This document shows positions 1-9,476 of a stretch of 24,707 nucleotides of DNA, piece by piece. This stretch comes from Thermoplasmata archaeon. GTDB taxonomy: Archaea > Thermoplasmatota > Thermoplasmata > GCA-020350865. The notes under the pieces were generated by a model. The model was given only the letters and a program-made list of their open reading frames with translations. It ran no database searches and was not told the origin of the DNA. Each line of letters starts with the position of its first letter. The first letter of the stretch is position 1. The translations under genes and the position numbers were made by a program. The DNA lies in NCBI GenBank assembly GCA_020348445.1, contig CP070751.1, forward strand, positions 4,192,279 through 4,216,985, written 5' to 3'.

Positions 1-648
1 TTTCTCCCATAATTTCTCTGGATCTTTGTACCGTTTTCCCCAACTGCGATACGACTCAAAGAGCTCCCAATCCTCACATTGCATGGTATGCTCTTCCTCA
101 CCACAGCACCTGCATTTGAAATGGTATTTGAAAATATGAGGAATTTTTGTAACTTTCGGTATCACTTTACCATCTAGGTTGATTGTGAAGGACCAGCCAT
201 TTTTCTCGTATACTTCCAAGTCTTTGGTTTTAATAAAATCTAAAATTTTGGTGGGCTTAATCAACCCTAACGAGGTCCTGTCGTTATCATAGGTCTCCTT
301 TAATGCTTGAACAGATTCTGTAAGTTTGGGCAGCAAAAATTCACTTCTCCCCTCCCAATCGATTTTTGGTTTAGTAAAACTTCTATCAATCACACGGATC
401 GAGTCTGACCGGACCTTGTGGCTCTCCTTCCTTCCTAATTTGTCCCTGTCCTTTTTTACCTCGACCTCGATTATATCGAACTTAGATATCTTGTTCCTCC
501 CAATAAAATGCCTCATATCGATTGGATACAATCTTATCCATTCCCCATCCTCTGTGATCCCCGCAGTGCAAGCCACATCCCCGTATTTTGTGCTGGGTTC
601 AGGATAAGCCTTGGTCACAATGGTAATCCTCTTTTTCTCCCATGTCAA
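1..648 (-). CDS. Conserved hypothetical protein, partner of the DUF488 gene (runs off the left edge; C-terminus missing)
   Basis: Not in the ORF track. Manual translation from TTG at 648 is open to position 1 (216 codons): MTWEKKRITIVTKAYPEPSTKYGDVACTAGITEDGEWIRLYPIDMRHF...FKYHFKCRCCGEEEHTMQCEDWELFESYRSWGKRY. The start overlaps the upstream stop (TTGA, 648-645) and has GAGGTGA 7 nt upstream. Confidence 0.85.
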   Translation of the reverse strand, partial: MTWEKKRITIVTKAYPEPSTKYGDVACTAGITEDGEWIRLYPIDMRHFIGRNKISKFDIIEVEVKKDRDKLGRKESHKVRSDSIRVIDRSFTKPKIDWEGRSEFLLPKLTESVQALKETYDNDRTSLGLIKPTKILDFIKTKDLEVYEKNGWSFTINLDGKVIPKVTKIPHIFKYHFKCRCCGEEEHTMQCEDWELFESYRSWGKRYKDPEKLWEK

Positions 649-1481
649 GTTATTGTCACCTCAGATCCCATTTTTACGAGTTCCTCCCCTAAGATCCTTC
701 TATGACAAAAAGCGGGATCCTGCTCGAAGCACATCAATGCTATTCTTTTTTTGTCAGCCATCTGCTTCAGTGTTATTAGTTCGTTCTCTTTTTGGATTAA
801 TTCTCCCCTGAATCGAATAAAAAGAACATCATAATCACTTTTAGATTTCAGGTTCCTTCTATGAACTCCGGAAATACCAAGGGACGGGTAGTTTATATAC
901 TCTATTCCAACATTCTTGCAAAAGGATTTCAATGTGAACTTCTTATAACCGAATTTCATGCTCCACGGATTCTTTCTTACATCTACCAGAATCTGTACTT
1001 TCTCTTGAATCAATCTCATTAAAAACTCGTCAATGGAAAGGCCCTCATAACCTACCGTAATAATTCCATTTCTATCTCGCACATATTCTATCTTTTTATC
1101 GATCTCACTGAAAATCGTGTATTGGGGATATTTTTTATAAATATGCTCGATCAATTCTCTATCGTCCATACCATTTGTATCTTTCACGTATTTATTGAGG
1201 ATCATAGTAATGTTTGGAGGAAGAGAGAATTTCCCTTTGTTATATCTAACTGAATTTTTGTTAGTAGACAATAATCCTTTTTCTTCCAGATCCTCTATGT
1301 CCTTGAATAATTCATATGAATATGGCCCGAATTTGTAAGGGATAAAACCGTAAAATTTGAAACCTCTTCCTATGTGGCCTTCTCTATCCATTAAAAAGAA
1401 AATCTTAGCAAGTCTAAGTTTTGAACAATTCCCAACCTTATCAAGGTAATTTATTAAGCATTTTTGCCTAGTGTTCAACAT
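645..1481 (-). CDS. Fusion of a Panacea/SocA(DUF4065)-like N-terminal domain and a C-terminal DUF488 domain
   Basis: N-half KLRLAKIFFL...FIPYKFGPYSYELFKDIEDL resembles Panacea-type KL.K..F...F....YGP.S.EL. C-half has DUF488 motifs ITVGYEG, LVDVRKNPWS and IALMCFEQDPAFCHR. ATG 1481 is preferred over TTG 1505 because 1505 lies inside a TATA box. Confidence 0.75.
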   Translation of the reverse strand: MLNTRQKCLINYLDKVGNCSKLRLAKIFFLMDREGHIGRGFKFYGFIPYKFGPYSYELFKDIEDLEEKGLLSTNKNSVRYNKGKFSLPPNITMILNKYVKDTNGMDDRELIEHIYKKYPQYTIFSEIDKKIEYVRDRNGIITVGYEGLSIDEFLMRLIQEKVQILVDVRKNPWSMKFGYKKFTLKSFCKNVGIEYINYPSLGISGVHRRNLKSKSDYDVLFIRFRGELIQKENELITLKQMADKKRIALMCFEQDPAFCHRRILGEELVKMGSEVTIT

Positions 1482-1503
1482 GATTTCGGATATCTCCTTA
1501 TAC

Positions 1504-1511
1504 AATATAAA
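1504..1511 (-). promoter_or_regulatory. Archaeal TATA box for the DUF488 two-gene unit
   Basis: TTTATATT on the minus strand, 22 nt upstream of ATG 1481. Confidence 0.5.
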
Positions 1512-1567
1512 GTTCTCTAAGAGGGGACAACGAAAGTAAGTTTTGGCTTTGTTTCGAAATTATTTCG

Positions 1568-3928
1568 CTATTTTTTTCTTTCAACGATTACAACCTCACC
1601 CTTGGTTCCATTTACAACAACTTCCTGCCCGTCGTAAAATATGCTTGTTGCCCTGTTTACCTGGGCCACAGTGGGTATACCAAATTCTCTGGCCAAAATA
1701 GCTCCATGGGACAGAACTCCCCCTACCTCCAGTATCATACCTTTTGCCTGGGTGAACACCTGAGTTTGTCCTGGATCTATGCTTTTTGTGACAAGAACCA
1801 TTCCCGGTAAAACTGAAGATTTTGAATCTATGGTTTCAATTACCTTTACCTTGCCTTTGTAAATTCCAGCTGATACAGACTCACCTTTTATTACGTTTCC
1901 GTAAGTGTCATCTGTCTTATGTGAGGATATGGTGTCGAAGTCCACGCCATTGCGCAGATAAAGTCCAGGCTTATCTTGACTCTCGCAAAACGCCATTTTT
2001 CTAAAGGCTGCAATGTATTTTAAATCACTGGTTTTATCACTTAGATATTCCTCGATCTCGTTCATTTCAAGAAAGAAAACATCCTCCTTATATTCTATAA
2101 TTCCTTCTTTTTCCATTCTTTCCCCAATTGTAAGAAAAAGCAGCCTCATCCTTGATAGGATCATGTCAAGGTAAAATCGTTGTAGCTCCCGAAATGATAG
2201 GTACCTGATAAGATAGTTTGAATTTGTCCTGAACCTTTGCCTCTTGAAAAAAGAAACCTGATTCATTATTTCATCTGTTACCTGAACGCGTTTTTTTGCA
2301 GTATTTTCCCTTGTCTCAGAGAGCTTATAACCATTCTGGTAAAGGAGCATCTTTCTAAGCATGTTAAATGGAATCATGGGCTCCTCGTTCCATGAAGGCC
2401 CAATAAAATCCCTGGCAAGCCTTCGATGACCGTATCGAAATAGTATGGATTCAAAGGCTTCTTGGAATTTGTGGGCCTGGGGATTTGTATTAAGTTTCTC
2501 TCTGTATCCATCATAGCTTTCAAACTCTGGAGTTAGTGCATCACGCACATGGGTATCTTGTTTATATTTCTTGGCCAGAACTTCCAGCTCCTTGATACCT
2601 TCAGTGGTCTTTTCACTGGGAAGGCCGGACATTAGGGCAAGGAGTTTTACCTGGGATTCGTCGATATTATTCTTTTCCAAGAACCGCTGCATGAGACTGG
2701 ATTGCATGATGCAGTGTGCCATTCCCCATTTCGAGGATCTGATATGGTGTATCAAAAGCTCAATTAACATACTGTATTGATGATTCATTTCATTTATGGT
2801 TTTGGGCTGCCTATTCATTTTCTCAAGGACAATTAATATGAGAGGAACTGTTTCTCTTTCAAATTCCAAATCCACCTTGGATTTTCTGAGATTTGGCTGC
2901 TTCATAATAAGAAAGACGATTTTCCAAAGCAAACCCAGGGCCCGCAGTATATGTTTGCGTTGCACTCCCTCATATTGGCTTCTTATATCCTCAGGTAGCA
3001 CCTTGAGCTGCTGTTGAAAATCCCCCAAGCCCCCTGCTTTCCCAAGGAGATATTCAGAGGGGTAGGTGTTGACGTACATATGATCCTTATGTTTTATTAA
3101 AAGTGGCTCCTTTGGCAAAGCATCCAAACCAACAGCTTCTGCTGTTTCCCGTGCATAGAATTCCTCAAATAGGAACTTGAACAAGGAAAACCAAAGAGGT
3201 GAGGAAGGGCCCGAGAAGAATTGTTCTGCCAGGACCATGCTGTAGGTGGGGTGTTCTTCTTTTGGCGGAACAGGAAGTGCAGTGATGGGTCTAGCCTGGA
3301 GTATATGAAATACTTTATCTGTCTTTGCCCATTCTATGTCCAATGGGTAGCCAAATAGAGATTCAAGTCTCTTTCCTTCATCTTTTAATTTGTTGAATCT
3401 TCTGTCTTCGTCCTTTGCCCGAATCGGATTCTTTTTACCTGAGACAAGGGCCTCTCCCATTCCTTCGATATATTCGATTACTATTTGATTTATCCCAGAA
3501 ACTGGATCTTTTGTGAAAAGAACCCCTGCAATATCAGGTTTTAATTGTTTTTGTAGTATTACAGCAATATCCTCGCCTTCTGATGAATTCCAGACATTCT
3601 CGATGGCCTCCTTTAGATCTGATAGGGAGTTGACATCAGCAACAGTGGAAAACACCCCTGCCTTTGAGGTTTTCATAGTATCCTCTGCAACTGAAGATGA
3701 TCGTGCGATTGTGGGAAGTTCCCATTTTTGGAGCTCATCTGCAAGCTCTTTGAGCAATTGGTCTGATATACCCTGCTTTCCAAATTCACGATACGCTTTT
3801 GTGGTTACAACACAACACTCAGGGACATTGACATCAAGCAGCATCATCTTCTGTAGATTGAAGGCCTTGCAGCCAATTGTCTTTTTATCCCATCTGGTTT
3901 CTTTGCTCAGCTCGACAATATAACTCAA
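1568..3928 (-). CDS. PEP-utilising enzyme with rifampin-phosphotransferase/PigC-like architecture (ATP-grasp, substrate domain, His swivel)
   Basis: N-terminal PPDK_N motifs GCKAFNL, ARSSSVAED, AGVLFTKDP, GEALVSG, DIEWA, ILQARPIT; long helical middle; C-terminal GGVLSHGAILAREFGIP with the phospho-His. TTG 3928 (TTGA overlap with the upstream stop, GGAGG upstream) is preferred over the track start 3964. Confidence 0.8.
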   Translation of the reverse strand: MSYIVELSKETRWDKKTIGCKAFNLQKMMLLDVNVPECCVVTTKAYREFGKQGISDQLLKELADELQKWELPTIARSSSVAEDTMKTSKAGVFSTVADVNSLSDLKEAIENVWNSSEGEDIAVILQKQLKPDIAGVLFTKDPVSGINQIVIEYIEGMGEALVSGKKNPIRAKDEDRRFNKLKDEGKRLESLFGYPLDIEWAKTDKVFHILQARPITALPVPPKEEHPTYSMVLAEQFFSGPSSPLWFSLFKFLFEEFYARETAEAVGLDALPKEPLLIKHKDHMYVNTYPSEYLLGKAGGLGDFQQQLKVLPEDIRSQYEGVQRKHILRALGLLWKIVFLIMKQPNLRKSKVDLEFERETVPLILIVLEKMNRQPKTINEMNHQYSMLIELLIHHIRSSKWGMAHCIMQSSLMQRFLEKNNIDESQVKLLALMSGLPSEKTTEGIKELEVLAKKYKQDTHVRDALTPEFESYDGYREKLNTNPQAHKFQEAFESILFRYGHRRLARDFIGPSWNEEPMIPFNMLRKMLLYQNGYKLSETRENTAKKRVQVTDEIMNQVSFFKRQRFRTNSNYLIRYLSFRELQRFYLDMILSRMRLLFLTIGERMEKEGIIEYKEDVFFLEMNEIEEYLSDKTSDLKYIAAFRKMAFCESQDKPGLYLRNGVDFDTISSHKTDDTYGNVIKGESVSAGIYKGKVKVIETIDSKSSVLPGMVLVTKSIDPGQTQVFTQAKGMILEVGGVLSHGAILAREFGIPTVAQVNRATSIFYDGQEVVVNGTKGEVVIVERKK

Positions 3929-4977
3929 GGCCCTTTCCTCCTTTTTCTTATTTGGTTGAGGCATTGTATCTTGTGTATTGGATTTCTGTCGTGAACATGT
4001 CGTTCGAGAAGCCCGTAGCCTGTATATTTGTCGTATTCCATCCTTGCTATCGTTTCATAAACAATGCATCCTGGCAATGGGATGGGAACAGAAGATACAA
4101 CCTTGCATTTGACATTGTGTTTCTTGTTGTTTTCATCGATAAATAAGATTTCACAACCCTTGGGCTCCTTTTTATCTGATTTATAATACCCTTTGAACTT
4201 GCTTGATATGATGTCGATATTCTCTCCCGAATCTAATATATATCCTTTATGAAAACCTTTGTTTCCAATGGTCCCTCTCCAGAGATTGAATGCTCTATCT
4301 TCTCCAAAGGTACAGCTGAAAAGCCAGTAATTGTTTACTAAGGACCAGTTTCTGATTCCCCACGAATGATCCCTGTGACCAAATGATGGTCCGAATCTGA
4401 TCTTCTTGCCATTTACAGTGATGCTTCCTTGGAAAATTCCTGCTTGTTCAATATGTTGTGTTGCAAGGCTTTTAAAGGATCCTAGTTCCTTTTTGTCTTT
4501 TTCTTGATTATAGGAGTAAAACTCATTTATTGGCGTGAAAAGCAGATCGAATTCGCATTTGTTTGATTTGTAATGGAGTTTCCAATCAATGCCCTCCACC
4601 TGATAAAAAAGGCCCTTTAAGCTAAAGCGGTCTGTTTCGTATAATCTTATATTACCAGTGATAAGAAGCTTTGCCATTACAATTTTATTTTTATCAAGAA
4701 TTATCACAAAACCAGAGCTTCTTTTTTTGTTGGGCAAAATACCTATTGTTGTTATCAAGCTTAATTGCCTTTTTATGTCTGTTGCGTTGAAATAATAGCT
4801 TTCTCTCCAGTTGCGGTCCTTGTATTCACCTCTTAATTTTGCTCTTTGCTTAAGAAGGTGTGAAAGATCCTTTATCTCTATAAAATCCAGATTTTGTGTT
4901 CCGTTTTCAGGAGCTTTTTTGTTTTCTTCATTTTGATTACTTTCCCCTCGCAGTGCATCCATATCAATTACCTGCAA
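3925..4977 (-). CDS. Uncharacterised beta-barrel protein (CrtC/AttH/tocopherol-cyclase-like, DUF7064/7065-type)
   Basis: 350-aa ORF with WRESYYFN and [12 protein letters not shown] motifs and beta-rich composition. The true start may be a downstream Met (about 4962). Family assignment is from memory of the motifs. Confidence 0.55.
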   Translation of the reverse strand: MQVIDMDALRGESNQNEENKKAPENGTQNLDFIEIKDLSHLLKQRAKLRGEYKDRNWRESYYFNATDIKRQLSLITTIGILPNKKRSSGFVIILDKNKIVMAKLLITGNIRLYETDRFSLKGLFYQVEGIDWKLHYKSNKCEFDLLFTPINEFYSYNQEKDKKELGSFKSLATQHIEQAGIFQGSITVNGKKIRFGPSFGHRDHSWGIRNWSLVNNYWLFSCTFGEDRAFNLWRGTIGNKGFHKGYILDSGENIDIISSKFKGYYKSDKKEPKGCEILFIDENNKKHNVKCKVVSSVPIPLPGCIVYETIARMEYDKYTGYGLLERHVHDRNPIHKIQCLNQIRKRRKGP

Positions 4978-5095
4978 TGATAAATAACTATAGCTGGCAC
5001 ATTTTTATTATTCTTAATGCTTTTACTGGTTAAATAATATTTGTCTGAATAGGATGTTTTAAAATCTATTACTTTGTCCCACCCCCCATGGATAA

Positions 5096-5105
5096 TTATA
5101 TATAA
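5096..5105 (+). promoter_or_regulatory. TATA box of the uvr operon (palindromic, possibly bidirectional)
   Basis: TTATATATAA, 22 nt upstream of ATG 5128, consistent with a leaderless uvrA transcript; it lies in the divergent intergenic gap. Confidence 0.5.
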
Positions 5106-5127
5106 CACAATCAATTCTTTTGGGTTG

Positions 5128-7929
5128 ATGAAGAACATCCAAATCAAGGGGGCCAGGGAACACAATCTGAAAAATATCAATGTAGAGTTTCCAAGGGACA
5201 AATTCATCGTGATAACTGGGGTCTCGGGCTCAGGAAAGTCCACTTTGGCCTTTGATACACTGTATGCAGAAGGGCAAAGAAGATACGTTGAATCCCTTTC
5301 AGCCTATGCCAGGCAGTTTTTGGCTCTAATGCACAAGCCAGATGTGGATAGCATTGAAGGGTTGTCACCTGCCATCTCAATTGAGCAGAAAACAACGAGC
5401 AAGAACCCCAGAAGCACGGTAGGTACAGTTACCGAGATATATGACTACATGAGATTGCTTTATGCCAGAATCGGCACTCCACACTGCCCAATCCATAAAA
5501 TTAAGATCGAGGTTCAGTCCCCTGAAAAGATAGCCCAGAAGATTAGAGAGGATCTCAGCGGCCAGGCAATAATACTTTCACCTGTTGTGAGGCAGAAGAA
5601 GGGAACCTATGAAAAGCTCGTGGCTGACCTTTACAAAGAGGGTTATACAAGAGTAAGGATAGACAAGAAGATCCAAAGAACAGACGAAGAGGTGAAACTC
5701 GAGAGATACAAAAAACACGACATCGAGATCGTGATAGATAGGCTCAACACGAAGGATCAATCAAGACTTTCGGAGGCTGTGGAAAACGCACTTCTCAAAT
5801 CAGAAGGCTTGGTTGTCGTTTTGGATGAAAAGGAAAAGGAGCATATCTATTCAGCAAAGATGGCCTGTCCAAAGTGCGGTATAGCTTTTGAAGAGCTGCA
5901 GCCCCGCATGTTCTCATTCAACAGCCCCTTTGGAGCCTGCGAGGAATGCCATGGCCTTGGAATTAAGATGGAGTTCGATCCCGATCTTATTATTCCTGAC
6001 AAGAGCCTGAGCATAGCAGAGGGTGCAATTGCCGTATACAGAAGTGCAATCGACGGGTGGCGCGGCCATTTTGTTGGTGCCCTGGCAAAGCATTATGGAT
6101 TTGACCTTCTCGCTCCTGTTTCCGAGATGAACGACGAGGCTTACGAAGCCCTGATGTACGGTTCTGATGAGAAGGTGAGGTTCGATTTAAGCCTGAGAAA
6201 CGGAGATACGAGGTGGTCCCATTCAGGATACTGGGAGGGTCTTTTACCCCAGACAGAGAGGCTGTACCATCAAACAGAATCTGATTACAGAAGAAGGGAA
6301 ATGGAGAAGTTCATGAGAATATCCCCTTGCCCCAAATGCCATGGTAGACGTCTTAAAGATAAGATCCTGGCTGTGACCATTGAAGGTAGGAACATAAATG
6401 ACATAACTGACATGTCAATAAAACAGAACATCGATTTTTTCAAGGATTTGAAGCTCACTGAAAAACAAAAGGAAATTGCAAAGCAGATTTTAAAAGAAAT
6501 AAGGGAGAGACTTGGATTTTTGTCCAAGGTTGGTTTGAGCTATCTTACTTTATCAAGAAGCGCAGGTACCCTTTCAGGAGGTGAAGCCCAGAGAATACGC
6601 CTGGCCACGCAAATAGGCTCAAATTTGATGGGCGTGATGTACATCCTTGATGAACCTTCTATTGGCCTACATCAGGTTGACAACAGAAAATTGATCGAGA
6701 CCCTCCACAGGCTCAGGGATATTGGAAACACCCTCATTGTTGTGGAGCACGACGAGACCACGATCAAGATGGCTGACTATGTCATTGACATGGGTCCAGG
6801 TGCAGGTCTTCAGGGTGGCAAGGTTGTGGCCCGTGGCACTCCGAAACAGATAGAACGCAATTCCAATTCTTTAACTGGTAAATATCTTTCTGGGAAGCTC
6901 ACAATCCCTGTCCCAGAATCGAGGAGAAACTCGGAAAATTACATTAGGGTAAAGGGATGCAGGGAGCACAACTTAAAGGACATTGATGTTCACATTCCAA
7001 TTGGCGTTCTCACACTAGTTACTGGTGTTTCAGGAAGTGGCAAGTCCACCTTGGTCTATGAAATTTTGTATAAAGGCATGATGAGGAAACTACACAAGTC
7101 CAAAATATGTCCCGGGGATCATGATGATATTCTCTTTGATTCTGAAATAGACAAGGTCATAGTAATTGACCAGAGCCCAATCGGGAAAACACCGAGAAGC
7201 AATCCAGCAACCTATACAAAGGTCTTTGATTCTATTCGTAAGATATTTGCCGAGACAAAGGAAGCAAGGCTCAGGGGCTTTAAACCGGGGAGGTTCTCAT
7301 TCAATGTTCGTGGGGGTCGGTGTGAGGCCTGCCGGGGAAACGGCCTAATAAAAATCGAGATGAACTTTCTACCTGATGTGTATGTGGAATGTGAGGAATG
7401 CAAGGGCAGTAGGTTCAATTCCGAGACCCTGGAGATTCGATATAAGAAGAAATCCATTGCAGATGTACTTGCCATGAGCGTAAATGAAGCCTACGAGCTA
7501 TTCGAGAATATCCCCTCTATAAGAAATAAATTGGATACCTTAAGACAGGTTGGTCTGGGTTATATTAAATTAGGTCAGAGCTCTACAACACTTTCGGGAG
7601 GTGAGGCGCAGAGGATTAAATTAACAAGGGAGCTTTCCAAACGGTCCACTGGAAGGACATTGTATCTACTTGACGAGCCTACAACTGGCCTTCATTTTCA
7701 TGATGTAAATAAACTGATCAAGGTCTTAAATGACCTAATTGACAAAGGGAACACCATTGTGGTGATTGAGCATAACCTGGATGTTGTGAAATCTGCAGAT
7801 CACATAATTGATTTGGGCCCAGAGGGAGGGGACGATGGAGGGACCATTGTGGCAGAAGGACCTCCTGAAGATGTTGCCAAAATCAAATCAAGCTATACAG
7901 GTAAGTTTTTGAAGAGGATATTGGCATGA
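5128..7929 (+). CDS. uvrA: Excinuclease ABC subunit A
   Basis: [17 protein letters not shown] start; two Walker A motifs (GVSGSGKS), two LSGGEAQR signatures, CxxC zinc fingers, [11 protein letters not shown] 5128 is preferred over the track start 5074. Confidence 0.98.
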   Translation: MKNIQIKGAREHNLKNINVEFPRDKFIVITGVSGSGKSTLAFDTLYAEGQRRYVESLSAYARQFLALMHKPDVDSIEGLSPAISIEQKTTSKNPRSTVGTVTEIYDYMRLLYARIGTPHCPIHKIKIEVQSPEKIAQKIREDLSGQAIILSPVVRQKKGTYEKLVADLYKEGYTRVRIDKKIQRTDEEVKLERYKKHDIEIVIDRLNTKDQSRLSEAVENALLKSEGLVVVLDEKEKEHIYSAKMACPKCGIAFEELQPRMFSFNSPFGACEECHGLGIKMEFDPDLIIPDKSLSIAEGAIAVYRSAIDGWRGHFVGALAKHYGFDLLAPVSEMNDEAYEALMYGSDEKVRFDLSLRNGDTRWSHSGYWEGLLPQTERLYHQTESDYRRREMEKFMRISPCPKCHGRRLKDKILAVTIEGRNINDITDMSIKQNIDFFKDLKLTEKQKEIAKQILKEIRERLGFLSKVGLSYLTLSRSAGTLSGGEAQRIRLATQIGSNLMGVMYILDEPSIGLHQVDNRKLIETLHRLRDIGNTLIVVEHDETTIKMADYVIDMGPGAGLQGGKVVARGTPKQIERNSNSLTGKYLSGKLTIPVPESRRNSENYIRVKGCREHNLKDIDVHIPIGVLTLVTGVSGSGKSTLVYEILYKGMMRKLHKSKICPGDHDDILFDSEIDKVIVIDQSPIGKTPRSNPATYTKVFDSIRKIFAETKEARLRGFKPGRFSFNVRGGRCEACRGNGLIKIEMNFLPDVYVECEECKGSRFNSETLEIRYKKKSIADVLAMSVNEAYELFENIPSIRNKLDTLRQVGLGYIKLGQSSTTLSGGEAQRIKLTRELSKRSTGRTLYLLDEPTTGLHFHDVNKLIKVLNDLIDKGNTIVVIEHNLDVVKSADHIIDLGPEGGDDGGTIVAEGPPEDVAKIKSSYTGKFLKRILA

Positions 7930-9476
7930 TCGATTTCTCAAATATTCCCTCAAATCCCGGATGCTATCTTTTTTTGGACAAGAAAAACAATGTGATCTAC
8001 GTTGGGAAGGCCAAGAACCTTAAAAAGAGGGTAGGTAGCTACTTTAAAAAGATTGATTTGGATCCCAAGACTGAGGTAATGTTGGAGTATGTGGATTCAG
8101 TTGATTTTATTGCTACAGACAACGAGGTAGAGGCAATAATTCTTGAGAACAACTTGATTAAGAAGAACAGCCCCAAATACAATATCGACTTAAAAGATTC
8201 AAAACGTTTTGCATATATTCAATTGACAGATGATGATTTTCCCAGGATCCTGTACGCAAGACGACCTTCTGGTAAAGGAAAATTCTTTGGACCCTTTGTC
8301 TCTGCTGCTGCAAGGGATGACATCATTTGGGTTTTGAAAAAAACCTTTCAGATCAGGACTTGTAAAAGGATGCCAAAAAAAGCGTGTTTGAGGCATCATA
8401 TAAATCTATGTCTGGCTCCATGTATTGGGAAGGTGTCAAAAAGGAGTTACTCTGAGGTAATACATAAGGTTGAGATGGTCTTGAAAGGAAAGACTGGCGA
8501 GCTTGTGAAAACCCTTACTTATGAGATGAAAGATGCATCCCAAAAAGAAGATTATGAACAAGCCCTTGAGCTTCGCAATCAAATTTCTGCAATTAACTGG
8601 CTTAAGGAGAAGCAGGACATGCAGAGGTTGAAGAGGTACAACGAAGATATACTAAATTACGTTGTAAAAGGAGGGAAGGTGTACCTCATATTGTTCAATA
8701 TCTATAAGGGAATTCTCGAGAACAAGCAGGAGTTTGAATTTAATTATAATGATGACTTTCTAGAGGAATTTATTGTGCAGTATTACTCTGAAAATAGTGT
8801 GCCAAAGGAGTTGATTCTTCCTGAGAATATAGATGACTCCATAGTATCATTTCTCAAAGATAAAAGGGATGGTGCAGTGGGTGTGAAAGTTCCACAAAAA
8901 GGAGACAAAAAAAGATTGCTGGACCTTGTTCAAATGAACGTTGAGCTGACATTCTTTGGAGACACAGAAAAGCTCGTGGACCTTAAGAATAAGTTGAAGC
9001 TTCAGGACGTCCCAACTGTTATCGAATGTTTTGACGTATCTCATCTATCCGGGACCTCCACAGTTGCTTCAATGGTGCAGTTTAGAAATGCAAAGCCAGA
9101 CAAGAGCAATTACAGGCGCTTTAAGATAAGGACAGTTGAAGGAATAGATGATTTTGCTGCAATTGGAGAGGTTGTGAAAAGAAGGTATAAGAGATTGAAA
9201 AAAGAGAATCAGAGCATGCCTGATCTTATCATAATAGACGGTGGAATGGGCCAGCTGAATTCAGCTTTAAATCAACTTTCAAAATTAGAACTTAAGATAC
9301 CTGTCATATCAATTGCCAAAAGATTTGAGCAAATATATGTTCCCGGGCTTTCATTTCCCATTTCCCTTGACAAAAAAAGCAAGGCCCAGAAACTTATTCA
9401 GGAAATTCGAGATGAGGCCCACAGGTTCGCTTTATCGTACAGCAAGGTATTGAGGAAGAAGGACATGATAAAATGA
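7926..9476 (+). CDS. uvrC: Excinuclease ABC subunit C (no C-terminal HhH2 domain)
   Basis: GIY-YIG domain GCYLF...[14 protein letters not shown], Cys-rich region, UVR coil, RNase H-like domain with CFDVSH, DGGMGQ and [13 protein letters not shown] overlap with uvrA. Confidence 0.96.
   Translation: MIDFSNIPSNPGCYLFLDKKNNVIYVGKAKNLKKRVGSYFKKIDLDPKTEVMLEYVDSVDFIATDNEVEAIILENNLIKKNSPKYNIDLKDSKRFAYIQLTDDDFPRILYARRPSGKGKFFGPFVSAAARDDIIWVLKKTFQIRTCKRMPKKACLRHHINLCLAPCIGKVSKRSYSEVIHKVEMVLKGKTGELVKTLTYEMKDASQKEDYEQALELRNQISAINWLKEKQDMQRLKRYNEDILNYVVKGGKVYLILFNIYKGILENKQEFEFNYNDDFLEEFIVQYYSENSVPKELILPENIDDSIVSFLKDKRDGAVGVKVPQKGDKKRLLDLVQMNVELTFFGDTEKLVDLKNKLKLQDVPTVIECFDVSHLSGTSTVASMVQFRNAKPDKSNYRRFKIRTVEGIDDFAAIGEVVKRRYKRLKKENQSMPDLIIIDGGMGQLNSALNQLSKLELKIPVISIAKRFEQIYVPGLSFPISLDKKSKAQKLIQEIRDEAHRFALSYSKVLRKKDMIK

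Noticed and set aside
326-811. Plus-strand ORFs 326..607, 508..705 and 611..811
   Set aside because: Antisense shadows of the minus-strand DUF488 module; no motifs or RBS.
1568-3928. Calling the PEP-utilising enzyme a rifampin-resistance gene (rph) or PEP synthase
   Set aside because: It shares domain order only; the pyruvate-binding TIM barrel of PpsA/PPDK is absent, and substrate-pocket residues cannot be verified by eye.
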